Shown here: one piece after another, positions 9,834-19,771 of the stretch
How the letters are laid out: every line of letters begins with the position of its first letter
Position numbering within the stretch: position 1 is the stretch's first letter
NCBI GenBank assembly: GCA_965215015.1
Contig: OZ244042.1
Coordinates: 2,560,001 to 2,624,000, forward strand
DNA: 64,000 nt
Source of the DNA: Candidatus Poribacteria bacterium
GTDB lineage: Bacteria; Poribacteria; WGA-4E; PCPOR2b
Direction: 5' to 3'
Notes under the pieces: generated by a model
What the model was told of the DNA's origin: nothing
Databases searched by the model: none
The model's input: the letters and a program-made list of their open reading frames with translations, nothing else
Position numbers and translations under genes: made by a program

Positions 9834-10805
9834 TCAAACATCTTTATTCTCAAGCCGTGTCCAACCCCGTCCGGGATGGTATGCTCCCGCTCCCTGATAA
9901 CGCTCTCGAATTTTACGGAATTCTTCGGGGTTGCGAACCTCCTGTTCTGGGTGTTTGGGGTTACGCAAAACAAAATCGGCTTCTGGCGGGTAACATGCCA
10001 TCGTAACGGTTTCTCGCTCCGGCGTATAGGATTCAGGACCTTCGTCTACGTTGTTTGGAGCTTCGGCACTTTGATAGCGCAGGTCTACACTCCAGCGCAC
10101 CTGTTCGCCGTGATTTTCAAACGAAGCGTGTGGTGTTAGATTGGTCATGAACAGCACATCCCCTGCCTTCATTTCCATCGGAATGGGGCCCGTGTCTGGA
10201 AATTCATCCGTAGGTATTTCGAGGTATCCGCCATGCCCTCCAGTATAATGTTGAAAAACTCCTCGCCGATGCACCTTTGGCATCACGTAGAGACAACCGT
10301 TATTCCGGTTTGAATCAACTAGAGGAATCCAGCAAGTGACAAGAAGATGCTTATCACAGTGGGGGAGGAAATAACCGGAGTCTTGATGCCACGGCACCTC
10401 ACCCCGTTCCCATTCAGGGAGCTTTGGACGGATGCGGTAAGCCGAAGCACCGATAATGGTGGGACCGATAAGGCTTTCGATACAAGACAGTAAGGGTGGG
10501 TGGGTGAGCATACCGAACATTGATGCGCCGCTAAAACCGCCGCCGCCTGATCCCATGACACCTCTGGTAATTTCTATCGCAGCGTCGAGGTTAGATTTTC
10601 TGATACGTCCCAGACGGTTACCGAACGGTTCGTTGGCATAAATGTCTTCCAACATACCCTCAGATTGCAAGCGTTTGGCCTCTGCATCGACAATTTCGCT
10701 AAGCGCGTCTTGGATTGGCTGTAGAGCGTCCGCCGAAAAGACAGTGGGCTTCACTACATACCCTTCCTCATTAAACTGTTGCAGTTCCGTGTTGGTGAGG
10801 CTCAT
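9834..10805 (-). CDS. Phytanoyl-CoA dioxygenase family Fe(II)/2OG enzyme
   Basis: QFNEEGYVV, WHQD (HxD), WIPLVD..NGCL, HAS, RWSVDLRY; GGAG RBS before ATG 10805. Confidence 0.9.
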   Translation of the reverse strand: MSLTNTELQQFNEEGYVVKPTVFSADALQPIQDALSEIVDAEAKRLQSEGMLEDIYANEPFGNRLGRIRKSNLDAAIEITRGVMGSGGGGFSGASMFGMLTHPPLLSCIESLIGPTIIGASAYRIRPKLPEWERGEVPWHQDSGYFLPHCDKHLLVTCWIPLVDSNRNNGCLYVMPKVHRRGVFQHYTGGHGGYLEIPTDEFPDTGPIPMEMKAGDVLFMTNLTPHASFENHGEQVRWSVDLRYQSAEAPNNVDEGPESYTPERETVTMACYPPEADFVLRNPKHPEQEVRNPEEFRKIRERYQGAGAYHPGRGWTRLENKDV

Positions 10806-10874
10806 CAATATCTCCTCCAAAGTTGATTGAATTTGTTTTTGCAGTTTTCTATAGTTGTTCAAAGATGATGATAG

Positions 10875-12764
10875 GTGGTGATGAATTTGTTTAGTGTACA
10901 AAAATCGAAGCAAAAAAGCAAGCAGGAGAAATATGAACCAAAAAAAACATGGGATGTCATTATCGTGCGGGACGTTATGGTTCCTATGCGGGACGGTGTG
11001 AATCTAGTGGCAGATCTTTACTTTCCTGCGGAAGATGGTCGGCCGCTTACGGGTAAACTTCCCGCTGTTTTACAGCGAACCCCCTATAAGAAGGAAAGCT
11101 ACGAAAATATGGCGAATTTCTTCGCCAAGCACGGTTATCTGTCGGTGGTGCAGGACTGCCGCGGTCGTTTCAAATCCGAGGGTGATTTTTTCCCGTTTCG
11201 AGATGAGCCGCAAGATGGCTACGACACAGTCGTATGGCTCGCAAATCACCCGGCTTGCAACGGGAAGGTGGGTATGTATGGCTGTTCTCACATGGCTTGG
11301 GTTCAGTTTCACGCAGCGACGCAGAATCCACCGGGATTAGCTACAATAATCCCGTATGAGGGGCCTATCAATGCCTATTACTACAGTATGCGTGTGGGTG
11401 GTGCGCTACATTTGGGACTTTTGAAGTGGATTCTTGAAACAGCCATAACCAGCCAAGAGGCACAACAGAACCCCGCTATCGCCGAAGCGGTTTGGACGAT
11501 GAGTTCAGGTCAGAATTTTCTGAATTGGGCTTCTCGAATCCCGTGGAAACGTGGACAGACACCGCTCAGTATTATCCCCAAATATGAAGATGCTGCTTTC
11601 CAGCTTTACTTTGACAACTACGACTATACGAACTTTTGGCGCCAACCCGGTTTTGCGATGGACGAGTATTTTGAATGCTTTCCGGAAATTCCTATCCTAT
11701 GGGTTGTCGGTTGGTATGACTGGTATCCGCGCACTATTATTGATGGATACCAGAAGATGGTGCAGAGACAGCGGGAAAATCAGTATCTCCTCGTCGGCCC
11801 CTGGACACATAACAACTTCAATTCTTCGTGCGGTGATGTCAATTTCGGGAGGGCAGGGAATATTCACACTTACGACGATTTCTTAAACTTGGAGTTGGCA
11901 TGGTTTGATCGTTGGCTCAAGGACGATCAGGCCGCCGCTATCGGAACGCCGGTCAAGGTGTTTACAATGGGAGGTGGGGATGGAGAGCGGGACAGTAATG
12001 AAAGGTTGAAGCACGGCGGAGAGTGGTATTACGACGACATTTGGCCCCCCGAAGACGTCCAACCGACACCATTCTACCTGCACCCCAATGGCACCTTATC
12101 ACAAGATAAGCCAGGTCAGGAGAACGCGTGGACGACTTATACCTATGATCCGCGGAACACGGTTTCCAGCAATGGCCGCTGCATCATCCCCTACGGTCCT
12201 GCAGCTGAAAGCGGTTTCTCCGGGATGGGGCCACGCGACCAGATTGACTTGGAGACCTTGCCGGGACACGGAATTCCGGGTATGCCCATCGCCTCTCGTC
12301 CCGATGTATTGGTCTTCCAGACCCAGCCGCTATCTGAAAAGGTCAGAATCGCCGGAAACATAAAGGTCATCCTGTGGGTATCGTCGGATGCGCCCGACAC
12401 TGATTTTTTCGTGAAGCTGATTGACCTGTATCCTCCGAGCGTTGACTATCCGACAGGTTACGCCTTTCCAGTATCGGAAGGTATTCTCCGTGCGCGTTAT
12501 CGGGAGGGGTGCGAAACATCGAAGTTGATGGAATCAGGGCAGATATATCAGATCGAGATTCCGCTTGAGCCCTCCGCCAATCTGTTTGGGGTGAATCACC
12601 GGATTCGCGTCGATATTTGTAGCAGCAACTTCCCCAACTTTGACATCAATCGTAACACCGGCGATCCGAATGATAGGCGGTGGCGCATCGCTGAAAACAC
12701 TGTTTATCACGAGGAAAATCACGCTTCCCGTATCGTACTGCCCATATCCCCATTTGGTTCTTAA
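10875..12764 (+). CDS. CocE/NonD family serine hydrolase (start uncertain)
   Basis: VPMRDGV, RTPY, QDCRGRFKSEG, GMYGCS, GWYD, GPWTH, SSNFPNFDIN. Confidence 0.9.
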   Translation: MVMNLFSVQKSKQKSKQEKYEPKKTWDVIIVRDVMVPMRDGVNLVADLYFPAEDGRPLTGKLPAVLQRTPYKKESYENMANFFAKHGYLSVVQDCRGRFKSEGDFFPFRDEPQDGYDTVVWLANHPACNGKVGMYGCSHMAWVQFHAATQNPPGLATIIPYEGPINAYYYSMRVGGALHLGLLKWILETAITSQEAQQNPAIAEAVWTMSSGQNFLNWASRIPWKRGQTPLSIIPKYEDAAFQLYFDNYDYTNFWRQPGFAMDEYFECFPEIPILWVVGWYDWYPRTIIDGYQKMVQRQRENQYLLVGPWTHNNFNSSCGDVNFGRAGNIHTYDDFLNLELAWFDRWLKDDQAAAIGTPVKVFTMGGGDGERDSNERLKHGGEWYYDDIWPPEDVQPTPFYLHPNGTLSQDKPGQENAWTTYTYDPRNTVSSNGRCIIPYGPAAESGFSGMGPRDQIDLETLPGHGIPGMPIASRPDVLVFQTQPLSEKVRIAGNIKVILWVSSDAPDTDFFVKLIDLYPPSVDYPTGYAFPVSEGILRARYREGCETSKLMESGQIYQIEIPLEPSANLFGVNHRIRVDICSSNFPNFDINRNTGDPNDRRWRIAENTVYHEENHASRIVLPISPFGS

Positions 12765-13945
12765 GTTTCCGAACAGAGAATCAGCGCACCTGTGTAGGCG
12801 TGTGCAAAATTTCGATTGCCGATGGGAGCAAACTCGGCATTTCCGAAGAAACCGATAATGGGTAGGTCCGGAAATTTCTCCTTGATAATCTGGATATCGT
12901 GGTTTGCCTCACCGTATAACCCCGCGCCCCTGCCTAAGCAATTAAAGTAAAGTCCGAAAGCCGGTGGATGCGCCTGTGCCCTTTCATGCAGTCGATTCAC
13001 AATGGCCTGAATATCCTCTGCGGCGGCAAAAGGATTACGCAGGTGGAACTGCACGATTTGTCCCGTTTCGATTCTCTCTGCAACTCCGATTGTAGCACTC
13101 TGTGGATCAATACCTGTGATGTTACGAATCAAGTAATCGCCCGGTTTCGGTAACCGATTTGACATATCCATTGCGATACCTACAAAAATCATTCTGCCTG
13201 AGCGCTGTATATCTTCCTTGGTCAGCAGCGCGAGTGATTCTTGCAGTACCTCTACCGCCCCCCTGCCATCCAGTTCAAAAATTAGATTGTCTTCTGCACG
13301 GGTAATTTCAACAGGGTTACCGATAGGTTGGCACCCTTGTGCAACACCAATTTCGGTATGGAAATTCCCTGTCAGCAGCACCCCTGCAACACTCGATTCT
13401 GTAATTTTCGTCCCGCACCATTGGTGCATTTGTCCGCTCATCAGATCCCCGGAGGCAGCCCCTCCAACGATTGGAAGGGCCTCTCCATTCCCGCCAATTT
13501 GTTGGACAAGTTCAGCGGGTTGGACACATCGCACGTCCGGCAAAACGACCAAGAGTGATTTCTCACGCAGTTCCGGTTGTATTTGATTGCGTATCGTTGT
13601 ACCGACAGGCGATGTTCCGTCCTCAGAAACGCAGAAGGAAAGGGCAGATAGCTGATCTGAACGCAGTACAAGGACAGCGACAACGGATTTCCCTTCAAAC
13701 TCGCCCTCCGAAGTGAGGACCCCCATCCCGCTACAACCGATCAGGTGCTCGCAGCCCGATATTTTCTTTACTTCTTTACAGAGCTGCACATATTCACTTT
13801 GATAGTCTACCGTTGCGAAAACAAACGCAAGATCCGCTTTCGCCAATCTTGCCTTGCCCATTGCCCTTGTGGTTGCCTGTTCAGCGGCTTCAGATGCTGA
13901 AGCACTGAAGCTATGCCCAACACCAGCACGTATCATCGATTTCAC
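12761..13945 (-). CDS. FIST N/C-domain signal-transduction protein
   Basis: LIGCSG, GGAASG, VAQGCQPIG, ELDG, YFNCLGRG, GFFGNAE. Confidence 0.88.
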   Translation of the reverse strand: MKSMIRAGVGHSFSASASEAAEQATTRAMGKARLAKADLAFVFATVDYQSEYVQLCKEVKKISGCEHLIGCSGMGVLTSEGEFEGKSVVAVLVLRSDQLSALSFCVSEDGTSPVGTTIRNQIQPELREKSLLVVLPDVRCVQPAELVQQIGGNGEALPIVGGAASGDLMSGQMHQWCGTKITESSVAGVLLTGNFHTEIGVAQGCQPIGNPVEITRAEDNLIFELDGRGAVEVLQESLALLTKEDIQRSGRMIFVGIAMDMSNRLPKPGDYLIRNITGIDPQSATIGVAERIETGQIVQFHLRNPFAAAEDIQAIVNRLHERAQAHPPAFGLYFNCLGRGAGLYGEANHDIQIIKEKFPDLPIIGFFGNAEFAPIGNRNFAHAYTGALILCSET

Positions 13946-14042
13946 CTTGCCTTTCTGTAACTCAGAATACTAAGATGTTTTGCTTCCTTTGATTATATCC
14001 CATTATCATCCTTTGCAATTCCAATTGTAGAGTAAATCTCAG

Positions 14043-15293
14043 TTATCCTGCTGTAATGACGAATTCTAGCCGGCGGTGCGCCTCCCGCAGGGAAGCTTCG
14101 ACACTTTCAGGAGTGTTGCCCCTTGCAAAGATAAATCCGAGATAACTCGCGCCTTCCGGCAAAGGGAGGACCTTCTGCCCAATCGGTATGCTGATGGTAA
14201 TCTCCTCGATTCCTGAGACCCGTTCTGCTTCTGTTTTGCCGCGTATTTCCCGCAAAATCCCGGCGCGAGGGATAGGAATCATCATTACGCCCGCGGGCTG
14301 TCGCTCACGCTGCAACGACTCAACTTCCATCCCGATAGCGTGGCGAATGATGAGTTCTTCCAACGAAATATCCGTTCCAAAGCGCAACGTCCGCGCACAA
14401 AGCCCACCAATTGACCGCGCAGCTATCTCGATTATCCATGCGCCATCGCCATTGACTCGCAGCTCCGCGTGGACGGGACCTTCCCGCAAACCGAGCGCGT
14501 CCGCTGTCTGTGCCGTGCAGGATATGATATCTTCTTGAACGCTGACCGGCAACCGGGAGGGGGTGATGTAGAGTGTTTCCTCAAAGAAGGGTCCGTCTAA
14601 CGGATCGGGTTTATCGAAAATAGCGAGCACCTTGAGATAGCCCTGAATTAGGATACCTTCAAGAGCCACCTCTATTCCCGGTATAAAATCTTCAACAAGA
14701 ATTTGCTGTGGTCTGGCATCTTTCCGCACTTTAACGTCAGGTGAGCCTAAAATACTAACAATTCTCTGAAACGCTTTCGCAAACTCCTCCGAATCATTCG
14801 CACGGATGACGCCTCGACTTGCCGAAAGAGAAAGAGGTTTGAGGACACACGGAAAGCCCATGCGCCTCGCGACTTCTGCCGGATCGGTGCTGATTGAAAC
14901 CAGCTCAAAGCGAGGTGAGGGAATGCCCGCCGCTGCAAGCACTTTCCGCATCTGATATTTGCTGCGGGTAGTGCGAGCAGATTCCACAGAATTATGCGGC
15001 AGAGACAACGCCTTCGCCGCCATTGAAACCAGAACTGTTGTGTCGTCATCAACGCCTACAATTGCGTCAATTGGATGGGTTTGGGCCAGTGCAACAATCG
15101 CCTCCGTTGCCTTCTCAGGTTTACTAAAGTTAATGACTAAGGACTTTCGAGGCGAAAACTCAGATAACGTTTGCGGTTGATCCGATCCAATCGCGACCGC
15201 TACACCTAACTGCGATGCAGCTGAGAGAAATGCCTCCGCGCGATATGTTTTGGTAGGCAATAGTAAGAGAATACATTTTTTAGTTGAGTTCAT
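14043..15293 (-). CDS. ATP-grasp domain protein
   Basis: FPCVLKPLSLSASRGV, VEDFIPG, FDKPDPLDGPFFEET, HAELR, EIAAR. Confidence 0.85.
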   Translation of the reverse strand: MNSTKKCILLLLPTKTYRAEAFLSAASQLGVAVAIGSDQPQTLSEFSPRKSLVINFSKPEKATEAIVALAQTHPIDAIVGVDDDTTVLVSMAAKALSLPHNSVESARTTRSKYQMRKVLAAAGIPSPRFELVSISTDPAEVARRMGFPCVLKPLSLSASRGVIRANDSEEFAKAFQRIVSILGSPDVKVRKDARPQQILVEDFIPGIEVALEGILIQGYLKVLAIFDKPDPLDGPFFEETLYITPSRLPVSVQEDIISCTAQTADALGLREGPVHAELRVNGDGAWIIEIAARSIGGLCARTLRFGTDISLEELIIRHAIGMEVESLQRERQPAGVMMIPIPRAGILREIRGKTEAERVSGIEEITISIPIGQKVLPLPEGASYLGFIFARGNTPESVEASLREAHRRLEFVITAG

Positions 15294-15554
15294 GAAATAT
15301 CTTCCAACTGAAAGTGCGTTTAGCAAATTATACAAAACTCGCCAATCTAAGGCAATTAGAAAAAGCAGGCAGAATGCAAATGCAATTGCAATTCCTTATG
15401 TTCTATGTTAAACTATAAAAGTTTTGAAAGAAGTTTAGAGAGTTCTTGAGAAACCACCAATATTGCGTTATCCACCAATGCTGATAAGTTGATAATGGTT
15501 TAGGTGTTGATAAGCACCTAAAACCCATATACCTAATTTTAAGGAGTAAAAAAA

Positions 15555-16385
15555 ATGATGTACCGAAAGTTTTTAGGCATTTTTGCCCTTATCACAACCA
15601 TCAGCATTTTGGCAGGGTGTGCACCAAAGCCGCAGATTGAAATTTATATGGAGCCTATTGCGGGCAGAGAACGAGCCCAAATTGACCCACAGACAGGCTC
15701 TGTCTCTGTGGAACAGCACGGCGTTCAGATTACGCTTGAACCACTCGATGAGGTAGATCTGTTTGAGCTCACGGAAGATGCGCGGATTAATCCGTACATC
15801 GGGATTGACCGTTGGGGCAACGTTGAGCCGCTGTATACCGTTTTCGGTGTTCACATAGAAAACAGAACCAATTCACGGGTCATCATTGATTCGACAGCAA
15901 TTTTAGTCGATCTAAACGGTGAGCAATATGCCGCCCTTCCCTATGATTACTTCAAAGAACTCTACGAGAACGTGAGACCACGAACAGTGGCATTCTACGA
16001 CGCTGGCTATCGATACCGTTATCCTTACCCACGTTCATACTATCGCAGCCCCTACCGTTATTATTACCACCACCCATATAACTATCGCTTAGGCTACCGG
16101 TATCATCGCCGCTCCCCTTACACACCGTATCGGGTGTACGATTACTATCTAGATCCAGATGTGATAAATCATGAACGGTTGGTTGCGCGTGATACCGTGT
16201 TCGATGGCGGTCAGCTTTTCTCAGGGGCGCAGCGTGAGGGACTCTTGGTCTTTGATAGGCTTGACATTGGTACGACGGATGTAAAGGTTATCTTGCCGGA
16301 AGTCCTGATTATCAATGAGGAGAAACAGCGATCAAAATCCGATTTCATTTTTGATTTTCGACAAGTTGTGAACGTAAAAGAATGA
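15555..16385 (+). CDS. Hypothetical lipoprotein with a Tyr/Arg-rich insert
   Basis: Lipobox ILAG-C; AAGGAG RBS; central low-complexity Y/R/P segment. Confidence 0.75.
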   Translation: MMYRKFLGIFALITTISILAGCAPKPQIEIYMEPIAGRERAQIDPQTGSVSVEQHGVQITLEPLDEVDLFELTEDARINPYIGIDRWGNVEPLYTVFGVHIENRTNSRVIIDSTAILVDLNGEQYAALPYDYFKELYENVRPRTVAFYDAGYRYRYPYPRSYYRSPYRYYYHHPYNYRLGYRYHRRSPYTPYRVYDYYLDPDVINHERLVARDTVFDGGQLFSGAQREGLLVFDRLDIGTTDVKVILPEVLIINEEKQRSKSDFIFDFRQVVNVKE

Positions 16386-16418
16386 AACCTTTGAAAGGTT
16401 ACACAGAGTCACTTAGAT

Positions 16419-16451
16419 TGCCAGCAATGAAATTCCGTTGCTGGCATTTTT
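16419..16451 (+). terminator. Intrinsic terminator
   Basis: TGCCAGCAA..TTGCTGGCA stem followed by TTTTT. Confidence 0.65.
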
Positions 16452-16497
16452 CTGTTTTGTAGCAGGGGATAAACCTAAGATAAAGAAAGGAGCAAAT

Positions 16498-18117
16498 ATG
16501 CAGATAAAAGTATCGTGGTTTTATAGTAAGGTGGGGGTGATTACCCTACTCCTAGCACTGCTAACCATTATATACGTAACATCCGCTTGGGCACAACAAA
16601 ACGAAGAACCTTCCGTTCTCCACAAAGTCAATGCACAGATTACGGCGGTTCTCTTTTTCGACATCGCCTTCGGTAGTATTCAGATTGATGAGGCCGATCG
16701 AGATGGAAATCCGGTGCTGGACGCATCCGATAATCCCAAGAAAAGGGTTATTCCTGTCCCCTTTCTGCTCGTTGTCCTAATTCTCGGCGCAATCTTTTTC
16801 ACCTTCTGGTATCGCTGGATTAACGTGCGAGGATTCAAGCACTCTATTGACATCATTCGCGGGAAGTATGACAACCCAGAGGATACCGGGGAAATTTCCC
16901 ATTTCCGTGCCTTGACAAGCGCGTTGTCCGCAACGGTCGGACTCGGAAACATTGCGGGGGTAGCAATTGCGATTCAGTTAGGTGGTCCAGGTGCCGTTTT
17001 TTGGATGCTTGTCGCAGCAGTGTTCGGGATGGCTGCAAAGTTCAGCAGCTGTACGCTATCCCAGATGTATCGGCAGACGAATGCAGATGGCAGCATTTCC
17101 GGCGGTCCTATGTACTACATTGATATCGGTTTGAGACAGATAGGAGGAGGCTGGGCACCTCTGGGGAAGGTGCTAGCGATCGTGTATGCGCTTATGATTA
17201 TGGGAGGTGCTGTCGGTGGGGGCAATATGTTTCAGGTAAATCAGACCGCCGAGGCGTTTCGGAGTACCTTCGGACTTTCGGAAGGAGCCAATTGGGTCAT
17301 TGGTATCGTAATAGCAATTTTGGTTGGGGTGGTAATTATTGGTGGAATTAAACGAATTGGCGCAGCAACTTCTAGAATTGTACCGATCATGTGTGGTTTA
17401 TATGTCTGCTTTTCGATTCTAATAATCTTGATTAACATTACCAGAATTCCTGAAGCTATCGGCCTCATCTGGCACATGGCTTTTACAGGCAATGCTTTCT
17501 ACGGCGGCTTTGTTGGCGTACTGGTGTGGGGTATCAAGCGTGCCTCTTTTTCCAACGAGGCAGGTCTGGGCAGTGCTGCTATCGCTCACGCAGCAGCAAA
17601 AACAGAAGAACCCGTTCGGGAAGGGCTCGTGGCAATGATTGGTCCCTTCATTGATACTATTATTGTATGTTCGATGACGGCACTGGTAGTTATCATTACG
17701 GGTACGTGGAACGATCCCAGCATCCCGCAGTCCGCTGGCGTTACATTGACGACAAAAGCATTTGAAAGTGCCATAAGCTGGTTTCCCGTAGTCCTTACCA
17801 TCAGTGTCGGACTGTTTGCCTATTCCACGATGATTTCTTGGGGTTACTACGGTGAACGGGGTTGGATCTATCTGATTGACCACTTCGGTGGCACCGGTCT
17901 AAAAACCGTTATTGTCTTCAGAGTTATTTTCGTCCTCTTTGTTCTCGTCGGTGCGGTTCATCCATTGAAGGCTGTCTTAGAGTTCTCGGATGTGATGATT
18001 CTCTGCATGGCTTTCCCGAACATCATTGGAAGCATTATCCTTGCACCAAGGGTACTGGAAAAAGTCAGGGACTATTGGAACCGTTACCAATCAGGTGAAA
18101 TGGAACCAGTTCGGTAA
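16498..18117 (+). CDS. Alanine/glycine:cation symporter (AGCS/AlsT family)
   Basis: ATVGLGNIAGVA, GGPGAVFWM, GGPMYY, FSNEAGLGSA, FIDTII. Confidence 0.93.
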   Translation: MQIKVSWFYSKVGVITLLLALLTIIYVTSAWAQQNEEPSVLHKVNAQITAVLFFDIAFGSIQIDEADRDGNPVLDASDNPKKRVIPVPFLLVVLILGAIFFTFWYRWINVRGFKHSIDIIRGKYDNPEDTGEISHFRALTSALSATVGLGNIAGVAIAIQLGGPGAVFWMLVAAVFGMAAKFSSCTLSQMYRQTNADGSISGGPMYYIDIGLRQIGGGWAPLGKVLAIVYALMIMGGAVGGGNMFQVNQTAEAFRSTFGLSEGANWVIGIVIAILVGVVIIGGIKRIGAATSRIVPIMCGLYVCFSILIILINITRIPEAIGLIWHMAFTGNAFYGGFVGVLVWGIKRASFSNEAGLGSAAIAHAAAKTEEPVREGLVAMIGPFIDTIIVCSMTALVVIITGTWNDPSIPQSAGVTLTTKAFESAISWFPVVLTISVGLFAYSTMISWGYYGERGWIYLIDHFGGTGLKTVIVFRVIFVLFVLVGAVHPLKAVLEFSDVMILCMAFPNIIGSIILAPRVLEKVRDYWNRYQSGEMEPVR

Positions 18118-18235
18118 ATGATGCTAACTTGAGGATGTGACATTTTTTCGTAACCCAAGATTCTAGATTGATTCTTGAGTAAAGGAGCGAATCTAGGAGG
18201 TTAGGCTACGACGGGTCACATACAACAATCAGAGT

Positions 18236-19485
18236 TTAGCCGGATAGCAAAGGTAACTGCACCGGCTGGCCCGTTTCATAGCATTGCAAAGCGGCGAAAG
18301 CAATTTCGTGCGTTTTAATCGCGTCCTCTAGATTGCAGTGTGATTCGCGATCATTCAAGATGCAATCGACAAAGTGATTCATTTGTCCCTGGAACGGATG
18401 ATGCGTGACATCGGCACTGTCTGGCAGGATGGCAGGTATTTCGACCCACCCGTTCTGTCCCGGATATTTATGTGACCAGATCCGATTATCCTTAATCGAT
18501 CCGCGGTTTCCAAAAATCTCAAGCGGAAACGTGTAGGGCATGATACAACCGTAATTGACGGAGACTTTACCTAACACACCGTTGGCAAACTTGACGAGAC
18601 AAATTTCAAAATCGTCATATTCCAAGGGCTGTGCTTCCTGCCATTGGGAGGTGAAGTAGTCATACTCCTCCGAAACCCCTTTACGGTAACCACCGGAATA
18701 AGCAAACACTTCGATGGGATTGGCGGCTTCATACTCACCTTCTTGACGAGACAAATTTCAAAATCGTCATATTCCAAGGGCTGTGCTTCCTGCCATTGGG
18801 AGGTGAAGTAGTCATACTCCTCCGAAACCCCTTTACGGTAACCACCGGAATAAGCAAACACTTCGATGGGATTGGCGGCTTCATACTCACCTTTAGCAGC
18901 AAACCAACGAAGCGAATCAGCGGCGTGACAGCCTCCCGTAATCATCGCGCTTACACCCGTTGATTTCTTCCGGGCGTCCTCATAGCCCGTCCACCAGCTA
19001 GCGATGTCGTGCTGATAGTCTGTTTCGACAAAGTAGGGGGTACCAATTGCGTTATCAGCAATCATCGCCTTGAGGGTTTCAAAGAGCGGATTCCAACGCA
19101 AGACAAAGCTGACTATCGTCTTCACCCCCGCGGCTCGGACCGCATCACGCATCGCTCTGATTTCCTCGAGACTATTGGCAATCGGCTTTTCGATAACAAC
19201 ATGCTTCCCGCTCTCCACTGCGGCAATGGTGTTTTCTGCGTGTAAATATTGCGGCGTACAGATGGAAACAATGTCTACACAATCGTGCTTGAGAGCTTGC
19301 TCATAGTTATCATAAAATCTGATATCCTCCAATCCCGCCTCCGCTGCACGGGTCTGGCAACTTGTCAGTTTGCGGCTGGAAATCGCAACGACTTCTGTGT
19401 GTGGATTCGCTTGAAATGCTTTAATATGTTGCGTTGAAACCCATCCTGCCCCATGTACCAGCACGCCTAATTTTTTCTGATCCAT
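18236..19485 (-). pseudogene. Gfo/Idh/MocA oxidoreductase split by a 152-bp tandem duplication (probably intact in vivo)
   Basis: GAGWVS, CTPQYLH, IEKP, GGCHAAD; the two ORFs share a duplicated peptide, and removing one copy restores a single frame. Confidence 0.85.
18590..18893. repeat. Exact tandem duplication, 2 x 152 bp
   Basis: 18590-18741 equals 18742-18893 (CTTGACGAGAC...CTCACCTT). Confidence 0.95.
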
Positions 19486-19626
19486 CTTAACCTCCCCTTT
19501 CTCGCTCGTAGTATTGGCGACAGCATAGGATAATTCGTCGATAAAGTCAACTCTTTTTTGCGATTCACCTTTCTAGTCTCCATTGGAAGTTCCATGCTCT
19601 AAGAGCGCGTAAATCATACTTTCCTG

Positions 19627-19654
19627 TTGACACAGATTTGGGAATGGTTATAAT
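19627..19654 (+). promoter_or_regulatory. Sigma70-type promoter
   Basis: TTGACA-16 bp-TATAAT upstream of the SelA-like gene. Confidence 0.55.
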
Positions 19655-19771
19655 TGCCTCCACTTGCCTCCACGTTGTCCAGTTGATTTTCAAACGAATG
19701 AAGGTTGGCACGTAAGTGAGTTTCAGGGGGGCAGCAAGGATATATCCGTTTGAACGCGAGGAAAAGAACAG

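Noticed and set aside
16386-16497. Glycine riboswitch upstream of the alanine/glycine symporter
   Set aside because: No GGAGA...CCGAAG..GCAA..CTCTCAGG core; only a terminator-like hairpin is present.
18236-19485. Programmed frameshift or two separate genes
   Set aside because: The split is fully explained by the exact 152-bp duplication.
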